A stretch of 10,019 bases of DNA from Vulcanimicrobiaceae bacterium (GTDB taxonomy: Bacteria > Vulcanimicrobiota > Vulcanimicrobiia > Vulcanimicrobiales > Vulcanimicrobiaceae): assembly GCA_046262595.1 (NCBI GenBank), contig JBHEMM010000004.1:11732-21750 (forward strand). The letters are read 5' to 3'. The position numbers were made by a program, and so were the translations under genes. Of the stretch, positions 1 through 6,755 are shown in pieces (position 1 is the first letter of the stretch; each line of letters starts with the position of its first letter). The notes below the pieces were generated by a model. That model worked only from the letters and a program-made list of their open reading frames with translations. It made no database searches and was not told the DNA's origin.

Positions 1-1211
1 CCCTCCGGCGCCGCCAGGATCTCCCCGGGATCGACCACCGCCCCGGCGGCGACCACGCTTCCGGCACCGATCGCCGCCCGGGGCCCGACGACGGCGCCCG
101 CGCCCACGCGCACCGGAACGTTGTATTCCAGCAGCGCCATTTCGATCGCGCCGATTGCGCCCAGGACGTCGGTTTGCGAGACGTCGCCCATTGTGCCCAT
201 GCGGATAATTTTGCCCTTGAGCTCGAGCTGGCCGCCGGAAAGCACGACGCCGCGCTCTTCGCGCAGTTTGCGCAGCAGCGTTGCCGCCTCGACGCCGTGC
301 GGCATGTTGCCCGCAACCACGGTTACCGAATGCGCTCCGGGCTGCGAGAACACGCCGAGACCGAGCGCATTGAACGCGGCGCGAATCGCTTGCGCGTACA
401 TCTCGTGACGGTGCCATACGTGCTGCGCGCCTTCGCTGTGATACTGTGCAAGCGCCGCGTCGAGCGCGAACAAGATCGAAACCGGGGGCGTCCAGGGCGT
501 CTGTCCTTGACGCGCAAACTCGCGCGCTTTGAGCAGATCGAAGTAATAGCGCGGTATGCGCGCGCTTTCGATGGCGTTCCATGCGCGCGGGCCCACCGCG
601 ACCATGGCAACGCCGGGCGGCGCGGCGAGCACCTTTTGCGACGCGCTCACGACGATATCGTAACCCCATGCGTCCATTGAAAACGCGCTCGCTCCCAGCC
701 CGCTGACGGAATCGACGATCGAGAGCGCGCCGTGCTCGCGCACGATCGGCGCGATTGCAGCCATGTCGTTCTGCACGCCGGTCGAGGTCTCGTTGTGCGT
801 GAGCAGGACGCCTTTGAACCGCCGCGCCGTGTCGGCGCGCAAACGTTCTTCGAGCGCGCGCGGGTCGAGCGCGTAACCGGGGTCCGTGTCCACGGTCTCG
901 ACCGTAATGCCATACGTCTTCGCGATCGCGATCAGACGCCGCCCAAAAACGCCGACGGGCGCGGCCAACACGGTATCGCCGGGCGAGAACGCGCTTGCGA
1001 CGGCGGCCTCTAATCCGCCCGTTCCCGAAGAGCCTAAAAGCACGATTTCCGCACTGCGGGTTCCCAAGATTGGCCGCAGACCTTCGTCGATGCGCTTGGC
1101 CAGGGCGGCGAATTGCGGGCCGCGGTGATCGATGAGCGGTTTGCTCATAGCCGCGAGCACGGTTTCCGCGACCGTAACAGGGCCCGGGATAAAGAGCAAA
1201 TTATTGCGCAT
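1..1211 (-). CDS. Class V PLP-dependent aminotransferase, alanine-glyoxylate/serine-pyruvate family (3'-partial, no stop in window)
   Basis: Manual translation from ATG at 1211-1209 gives MRNNLLFIPGPVTV...DHRGPQF...GSSGTGGLEAA...THNETSTGV...VDSVSGLG...VSASQKVLAAPPG (PLP lysine)...YYFDL...TPWTPPV...LSGGQLELKGKIIRMGTMG. The frame is open for 403 codons to the window edge. It is absent from the ORF track because there is no stop codon. Confidence 0.93.
   Translation of the reverse strand, partial: MRNNLLFIPGPVTVAETVLAAMSKPLIDHRGPQFAALAKRIDEGLRPILGTRSAEIVLLGSSGTGGLEAAVASAFSPGDTVLAAPVGVFGRRLIAIAKTYGITVETVDTDPGYALDPRALEERLRADTARRFKGVLLTHNETSTGVQNDMAAIAPIVREHGALSIVDSVSGLGASAFSMDAWGYDIVVSASQKVLAAPPGVAMVAVGPRAWNAIESARIPRYYFDLLKAREFARQGQTPWTPPVSILFALDAALAQYHSEGAQHVWHRHEMYAQAIRAAFNALGLGVFSQPGAHSVTVVAGNMPHGVEAATLLRKLREERGVVLSGGQLELKGKIIRMGTMGDVSQTDVLGAIGAIEMALLEYNVPVRVGAGAVVGPRAAIGAGSVVAAGAVVDPGEILAAPE
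3..113 (-). repeat. Hexapeptide-repeat-like (left-handed beta-helix) segment in frame with the aminotransferase C-terminus
   Basis: Translation VRVGAG-AVVGPR-AAIGAG-SVVAAG-AVVDPG-EILAAP shows 6-residue periodicity of the [LIV]-[GAED]-x-x-[STAV]-x type. GC is 82 of the first 100 bases by hand count. Confidence 0.6.
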
Positions 1212-1251
1212 GACAGGCGCTTCGCCGCCTTGCAAAAACACTCCGGTCATG
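1209..1251. promoter_or_regulatory. Very short divergent intergenic region (37 bp) bounded by an imperfect inverted repeat that includes both start codons
   Basis: CATGACAGGCG (1209-1219) matches the reverse complement of 1241-1251, CATGACCGGAG, at 9/11 positions. No Shine-Dalgarno sequence at normal spacing is evident before either ATG. Confidence 0.45.
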
Positions 1252-2277
1252 GAGCGTAAACGGTTAACGGAACTTTCGTCGAGCGCGGGTTGAGCGAGTA
1301 AACTCGGCTCCGCCGAGCTGGCGCAAGTTTTGCGCCGATTGCCGCCGCAAACGGACGAAAGAATCCTCGTCGGATTCGGCACCGCGGACGACGCGGGCGT
1401 CTACCGGTTGAACGACGATCTCGCGCTGGTGCAGACGGTCGACTTTTTCACGCCCATCGTGGACGACCCGTTCGATTTCGGGCGCATCGCTGCGGCAAAT
1501 GCGCTCTCCGACATCTACGCAATGGGCGCCGTGCCCGTTACGGCGCTCAACATCGCCGCGTTTCCGTTCGACGTGCTGGGCGCTGAAGTACTGGAGTTGA
1601 TTTTGCAGGGCGGTGCGGCGGTCGCAAAAAAAGCGCGCGTCGCGATTTTAGGCGGCCACACGATCAAAGACAGCGAGCCCAAGTATGGTTGGGCAGTGGT
1701 TGGAACCGTGAGGCCCGCGGGTATTGTTAGGAATGCGGGCGCCCGCCCCGGGGATATCTTAGCACTAACCAAGCCCCTCGGGACGGGCGTTCTCGCCACC
1801 GCGCTCAAGCGCGGCGCGTTGAACGCCGCCGGAATGCAACAAGCGGTGAGTTGGATGACCACGCTCAACGATCGCGCATCGGCCGCGATGATTGCGGCGC
1901 ACGCGCATGCCGCTACGGATGTGACCGGTTTCGGTTTACTCGGTCATGCGGCGGAAATGGCGAACGCGTCGGGCGTCGCGTTCGAACTCGATGCCGCCCG
2001 CATTCCGCTGATGGACGGCGTCCTTGACCTCATTGCGCGCGCATTCGTCCCGGGCGGCTCGCAAGACAACGCGGCGCATCACGCCACGTTCACCGTCTTC
2101 GATGAGCGCGTTTCCGAAGTGGTGCGCGTTGCGTGCTCGGATGCGCAAACGTCGGGCGGGTTGCTGATCGCGCTCGACCCCGCCGAGCTGCACGCGTTCG
2201 AGCGCGCGATGGACGGTACGTTCTTTGCCGCGATCGGAAGGGCCGTCGTGGGCTCGGGCATCCGCCTCGGCCCGTGA
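1249..2277 (+). CDS. selD: Selenide, water dikinase (selenophosphate synthetase), selenocysteine-containing, 342 aa
   Basis: ATG 1249 reads [14 protein letters not shown][TGA][17 protein letters not shown], in frame with the 1330..2277 ORF. SelD motifs include [61 protein letters not shown] and [12 protein letters not shown] (codon 15) occupies the catalytic Cys/Sec site of the G-[C/U]-x-x-K motif. Confidence 0.96.
1294..1340 (+). promoter_or_regulatory. Candidate bacterial SECIS element downstream of the selD UGA
   Basis: Two adjacent hairpins are present: CTCGGC-TCC-GCCGAG (1303-1317) and GGCGCAA-GTT-TTGCGCC (1320-1336). The second has a loop starting G-U, 33 nt after the UGA. Which hairpin is functional cannot be determined by eye. 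Confidence 0.55.
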
Positions 2278-3758
2278 TCCTTGCGCTCGACCAAGGAACG
2301 AGCAGCTCGCGCGCAATTGTTTTCGATCGGTACGGGAATGCGCTCGGCAGCGCGCAGCGCGCGATTGCCCAAAGCTTTCCTCGCGACGGATGGGTCGAAC
2401 ACGATCCCCGCGAGCTCTGGATCTCGCAGCGCGAGGCAGCGCGCGATGCGCTTGCCGCGGCCGGCGTAAGCGCCCACGACATTGCCGCAATCGGCATTGC
2501 GAACCAGCGCGAAACGACATTGCTTTGGGATCGCCGCACGGGTGAACCGCTCTGCAATGCCATTGTGTGGCAAGACCGGCGCACCGCCGGAGAATGCGAG
2601 CGCCTGCGTTTGCACGGCGTGGACCAGACGGTGCGCCGAATTACCGGGCTCGTGCTCGATCCGTATTTTTCCGCCACCAAACTGGCATGGATGCTCGACG
2701 TCATCGACGGCGCGCGCGATCGCGCGGAGCGCGGTGAGCTTGCATTCGGCACGGTGGACGCGTGGCTTATTTGGAACCTGACGGCGGGGGCGCGCCACGT
2801 CACCGATGCGACGAACGCCGCGCGCACGATGCTTTTCGACATCCGTTCCCTGCGCTGGAGTGAGGAGTTGCTCGAGCTCTTTGCCATACCGCGCGCGATC
2901 TTGCCCGAAGTGCTGCCGTGCACGGCCGCTTTCGGCCGGACGGCGGCAGACCGCTTCGGCATTTCTCTGCCGATCTGCGGTGTTGCGGGCGACCAGCATG
3001 CCGCGCTCGCCGGACAAGCCGGTTTTCACCCGGGCATTGCGAAAAATACGTACGGCACGGGCGCGTTTGCCATGCTGCATACCGGGGCGGCACCCGCATC
3101 GAGCTCGCACGGCCTGCTCACCACGCTCGCATATGCGTTCGATATGCATTCGGCGGCGTATGCTTTGGAAGGCTCGGTTTTTAATACGGGCACGGCGGTA
3201 CAGTGGCTGCGCGACGGCCTGGGCATGATCGAGCAATCTGCGGAGATTGAGCCGCTGGCGCGCGCGTGCGAAGAAGGCTCCGGCGTGTTCTTCATCCCCG
3301 CGTTCACCGGTTTGGGCGCTCCGTATTGGGACCCGGCGGCGCGGGGAACGATCACCGGCATCACGCGCGCAACCACGCGGGCCCACCTCGCGCGCGCCGC
3401 TCTGGAAGCGATTGCATTCCAATGCGCGCAGACGTTTGAGGCCATGCAGCGCGACGCGCGCATGCCGCTGCACGAGCTGCGCGTGGACGGCGGCGGCGCG
3501 CAGAATGCGCTTTTACTGCAGATGCAAGCTGATTATACCGGCACAACGGTCGTTCGCCCCCGTATCACCGAAACGACTGCCCTCGGCGCCGCCTTTTTCG
3601 CGGGCTTGCAATGCGGATTCTGGGACGACATGGCGGCGCTGGCGCGCGTCTGGAAAGAAGATGCTCGCTTTACACCCGCAATCGATGGGAGCGTCCGCGC
3701 GGCGAAAATGCGCGGCTGGGAGCGCGCGGTGGAACGCAGCCGCCACTGGGCGGAATGA
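2274..3758 (+). CDS. glpK: Glycerol kinase, 494 aa
   Basis: GTG 2274 overlaps the selD stop (GTGA) and gives [14 protein letters not shown]. Motifs include [64 protein letters not shown] and LRVDGG. The track start at 2133 lies inside selD and is too far upstream. Confidence 0.96.
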   Translation: MILALDQGTSSSRAIVFDRYGNALGSAQRAIAQSFPRDGWVEHDPRELWISQREAARDALAAAGVSAHDIAAIGIANQRETTLLWDRRTGEPLCNAIVWQDRRTAGECERLRLHGVDQTVRRITGLVLDPYFSATKLAWMLDVIDGARDRAERGELAFGTVDAWLIWNLTAGARHVTDATNAARTMLFDIRSLRWSEELLELFAIPRAILPEVLPCTAAFGRTAADRFGISLPICGVAGDQHAALAGQAGFHPGIAKNTYGTGAFAMLHTGAAPASSSHGLLTTLAYAFDMHSAAYALEGSVFNTGTAVQWLRDGLGMIEQSAEIEPLARACEEGSGVFFIPAFTGLGAPYWDPAARGTITGITRATTRAHLARAALEAIAFQCAQTFEAMQRDARMPLHELRVDGGGAQNALLLQMQADYTGTTVVRPRITETTALGAAFFAGLQCGFWDDMAALARVWKEDARFTPAIDGSVRAAKMRGWERAVERSRHWAE

Positions 3759-5138
3759 ACCGCGCCCTGGCGATCGCGCGTCTGCAGAAACGTTCGACGT
3801 GCTCGTGATCGGCGGCGGCGCGACCGGCTTGGGCTGTGCGATCGACGCGGCCGCGCGCGGTTACCGCACCGCGCTCATCGAAGCCGCCGATTTTGCGAGC
3901 GGCACGTCGAGCCGTTCGACGAAGTTGATCCACGGCGGCGTTCGCTACTTGCGCCAAGGAAACTTCGCGCTCGTGCGGCAGGCACTGCGCGAACGGGCGC
4001 GGCTGCTGGCAAATGCGCCGGAGATGGTGCGCCCGCTCGCGTTTTTCGTTGCTTGCGCGAATACCCGCGAACGGTTGTGGTATGCGGCGGGGTTGCGTCT
4101 TTATGACGCACTTGCCGGCAGCGCCGATCCGCTGCCGCGCAGTTCGGTCCAGTCCGGCGGCGTTCAGTATTACGACGCCGCCTTCGATGACGCGCGGCTC
4201 GCGCTCGCCCTCGCGCAAACCGCATGGACGCTGGGAGCAGCACTTGCAAACTACGTTTGCGCGAAGGAATTTCTTTACCGCACGGGGCGCATCTGCGGCG
4301 CAATCGTAACGGACAGCGAGAGCGGCGGCGCATTTGCGGTTCACGCGCGTGCCGTGATCAACGCCGCAGGCGTTTTTTCCGACGGCATACGGCGGCTGGA
4401 CGAACAAAACGCCGCGCCGCTTTTGCGCTTGAGCCGCGGCTCGCACCTGGTGGTGCCCTTGCGCGTGTTGGACACCGGCGGACGAGCGCTGCTCGTTCCA
4501 AAGACGGCGGACAACCGCGTCGCATTCGTGCTCCCGTGGCACGGACACACGCTCGCCGGAACCACCGACGTGCCGTGCGTGCACGCATCGCGCGAGCCCC
4601 GCGCGTCCGGAGCAGAGATCGACTGGCTCGTGAAGACGCTCGCCCACCATACCGGCGTATCGATCCAAAGACGCGACATCGGCAGCGTGTTTGCCGGTCT
4701 GCGCGCGCTGCACTCCGGGCGCAGCGCAACGACGGCGGCACTCTCGCGCGAACACGCCGTTGAGACCGCGAAAAGCGGACTGCTCACCGTGAGCGGCGGC
4801 AAGTGGACAACCTATCGCGTGATGGCGAGGAGACGCTCGACGCCGCGGCCGCGGTCGCCGGCCTGAACACCGCGGCTTCGCGCACCGCAACGCTGCGCAT
4901 CGCCAACGTGCCCGCGACTCCGACTTTTGAGCACGCTATCCGGAACGAGATGGCGCGCACGCTGGACGATCTGCTCGCGCGCCGCACGCGCACGCTCTTT
5001 ATCGATGCCGGGCAAGCGCTCGCGCAGGCACCACAAGCGGCCGATCTCTTAACCGCAGAGCTGCATCGCAATGCCGCCTGGCGTACAGAAGAGCTACGCA
5101 GGTTCGCCGAACTTGCGCGCGCGTATATGCCCTTATGA
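3755..5138 (+). pseudogene. glpD: FAD-dependent glycerol-3-phosphate dehydrogenase/oxidase with two frameshifts (pseudogene or sequencing errors); about 461 aa if repaired
   Basis: ATG 3755 overlaps the glpK stop (ATGA) and reads [10 protein letters not shown]. The frame shifts near 3782-3787 into ETFDVLVIGGGATG...GTSSRSTKLIHGGVRYL...FDDARL...RGSHLVV...GTTD...FAGLR...SREH...GGKWTTYRVMA. It shifts again near 4826-4827 into EETLDAA...EMARTLDDLLARRTR...AYMPL*, with TGA 5136-5138 overlapping the next ATG. Confidence 0.88.
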
Positions 5139-6112
5139 AACAACGCACCATCGGGACAGGCGGCGTCGCCGTCTCGGCAATCGGATTCGGCTGCATGGGC
5201 TTGACGTGGGCGTACGGTTCGGCCGTGGATACGGCGGCCGGCACCGATGTGCTCAACCATGCGCGCGACATCGGCGTCACGCTTTTCGATACCGCCGACA
5301 TGTACGGCCCCTTCACGAATGAGACGCTCGTCGGTGAGGCGCTGCACGCGCGGCGCGGCGAGTGCGTCATTGCAACCAAATGCGGCATCGTCGTGCACGG
5401 CGATCGCGCGGATTACGATATGCGCCGCAACGGAACGCCCGCGCATATCCGCGCTGCTTGCGACGCATCGCTGCAGCGCCTGCAGACCGGCGTGATCGAT
5501 TTATATCAGCTGCACCGTGTCGATCCGGAGGTGCCGGTCGAAGAAAGCGTCGGCGCGATGGCCGAGCTCGTTGCTGCCGGAAAAGTGCGTGCGATCGGGC
5601 TTTCGGAGGTCGACGTGCAGACGCTGGAACGCGCGGGGGCCGTTCATCCGATCGCGAGCCTGCAGTCGGAGTACTCGCTCTTTGAGCGCAACGTCGAGCG
5701 CGAGATTCTTCCGTACTGCAAGCAGCACGGCATCGCGCTGCTGGCGTATTCGCCGCTGGGCCGCGGGTTTCTGACCGGTCGATTGACGCAAGCCGAGATC
5801 CGCACGGGTGACTTCCGCGCGACGCTTCCGCGCTTTCAAGCCGAAGCGTTCGAACACAACCGGGCCATCGTGCAGCGCATTGAAGCGGTCGCCGCGCGCG
5901 CCGGCGCGGCGCCCGGTCAAGTGGCCCTCGCGTGGCTGCTGGCAAAGGGCGAGAACGTCATTCCGATTCCCGGAACGAAGCGGCGCACGTACCTGGAGGA
6001 AAATGCCGCAGCGGCGGCACTCGAACTTTCTGCCGAAGATGTTCGCGAACTCGACGAGTTGCCCGCACCCGTGGGAGATCGTTACGCGCAGGCGAACCCC
6101 ACGCGCTCATGA
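5135..6112 (+). CDS. Aldo/keto reductase, 325 aa
   Basis: Motifs are GFGCMGL, FDTADMYG (Asp, Tyr), IATKCG (Lys), IDLYQLHRVDP (His), GKVRAIGLSE, LQSEYSL, AYSPLGRG, QVALAWLL and IPIPGTKR. There are ATGA overlaps at both ends. Confidence 0.95.
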   Translation: MKQRTIGTGGVAVSAIGFGCMGLTWAYGSAVDTAAGTDVLNHARDIGVTLFDTADMYGPFTNETLVGEALHARRGECVIATKCGIVVHGDRADYDMRRNGTPAHIRAACDASLQRLQTGVIDLYQLHRVDPEVPVEESVGAMAELVAAGKVRAIGLSEVDVQTLERAGAVHPIASLQSEYSLFERNVEREILPYCKQHGIALLAYSPLGRGFLTGRLTQAEIRTGDFRATLPRFQAEAFEHNRAIVQRIEAVAARAGAAPGQVALAWLLAKGENVIPIPGTKRRTYLEENAAAAALELSAEDVRELDELPAPVGDRYAQANPTRS

Positions 6113-6657
6113 TTTCGCGTTCGTCGATCGCCGAGTTGGCCGCCGGTCTGGAACGTTTCCAACGCGGCGGCGCGGACGCAGAGATCGTGCGCTGGCTGAC
6201 GGCACAGTGCGCAGCCGCAACGCGCGTACCGAAACCCGCAAAGGCTTCGCCCGAACACGGCTATACGCGTACCCTCCTGCATAAAACGGAACAATTCGAG
6301 ATCGTCGTCATCCATTGGCCGCCGCATTGCGTGACGCCGGTCCACGACCATGGCGGCGCGTTGTGCTGGTTTGCCGTCGCCGATGGGACCGTCGGCGTGG
6401 AAAACTACGTGCGCTGCGACGCCGGCACGAGGCCGGGCTACGCACAGATCCAATTGGACGGCCGCGAGTCGCTGTATCGCGGCGGGATCGACAGCCGCAG
6501 CGACGACGTCCATCTGCACCGTTGTCTTACGGAAGACCATCCGGCGACCACTCTGCACGTGTATGCGCGCCCGATCGAACACTTTCTCACGTTCGACGAG
6601 AAAGCAAACAGCTGCTTGAATGTGGACTCCCGGTATGACGCGGTGCTCGCGCCCTAG
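6109..6657 (+). CDS. Cysteine dioxygenase-family (thiol dioxygenase) cupin, 182 aa
   Basis: ATG 6109 overlaps the AKR stop (ATGA). Motifs are GYTRTLL, W70, TPVHDHGGALC (H79, H81, C86), HLHR (H137) and TLHVY (H150, Y152), matching the 3-His iron site and outer-sphere motif of CDO. The track start at 5932 is inside the AKR gene. Confidence 0.88.
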   Translation: MISRSSIAELAAGLERFQRGGADAEIVRWLTAQCAAATRVPKPAKASPEHGYTRTLLHKTEQFEIVVIHWPPHCVTPVHDHGGALCWFAVADGTVGVENYVRCDAGTRPGYAQIQLDGRESLYRGGIDSRSDDVHLHRCLTEDHPATTLHVYARPIEHFLTFDEKANSCLNVDSRYDAVLAP

Positions 6658-6674
6658 AGCCGCGGTGCACGCTG

Positions 6675-6703
6675 TTGACGCCGGACGCTTGCGCAAGTAC
6701 GAT
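6675..6703 (+). promoter_or_regulatory. Sigma70-type promoter for the TonB-dependent receptor
   Basis: TTGACG (6675-6680), a 17-bp spacer and TACGAT (6698-6703). The spacer contains the perfect palindrome CTTGCGCAAG (6688-6697). Confidence 0.7.
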
Positions 6704-6742
6704 GAACCTCAAGCCCGAAGCCTTGGGCGCGTTTTGATTGGT

Positions 6743-6748
6743 GAGGAG
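6743..6748 (+). promoter_or_regulatory. Shine-Dalgarno sequence
   Basis: GAGGAG lies 7 nt upstream of GTG 6756. Confidence 0.75.
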
Positions 6749-6755
6749 CCTCCCT

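Noticed and set aside
121..1128. Plus-strand ORFs at 121..408, 174..680, 732..1013 and 886..1128
   Set aside because: They are shadows of the minus-strand aminotransferase.
1..1211. Class V PLP enzyme next to selD acting as a selenocysteine lyase or cysteine desulfurase
   Set aside because: It lacks the catalytic Cys motifs of IscS (SSGSAC) and SufS (RxGHHC), and I saw no Cys in the translation. Its motifs match the AGT/SPT subfamily.
2275..2469. Readthrough of the selD terminal TGA into the in-frame 2281..2469 ORF
   Set aside because: SelD homology is complete at 2274, the TGA forms a standard GTGA overlap with glpK, and the extension is an off-frame reading of glpK.
3247..3754. Long N-terminal extension of GlpD given by the ORF track (539 aa ORF)
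   Set aside because: It overlaps glpK in another frame and is Arg/Ala-rich shadow sequence. It arises because the real start is frameshifted.
3775..4835. Programmed -1 ribosomal frameshifting in glpD
   Set aside because: There is no X-XXY-YYZ slippery heptamer at either site, and two programmed shifts in a metabolic gene are implausible.
6702..6737. Short ORF MNLKPEALGAF ending in a TGA in frame with the receptor (possible second Sec readthrough or leader peptide)
   Set aside because: Its ATG overlaps the predicted -10 box and has no SD. The receptor has its own good SD and GTG at 6756, and an extension would only lengthen the signal peptide.
6707..6746. CCTCA pairing with TGAGG to sequester the receptor SD
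   Set aside because: It is only 5 bp, and most of CCTCA lies upstream of the predicted transcription start (about 6710).
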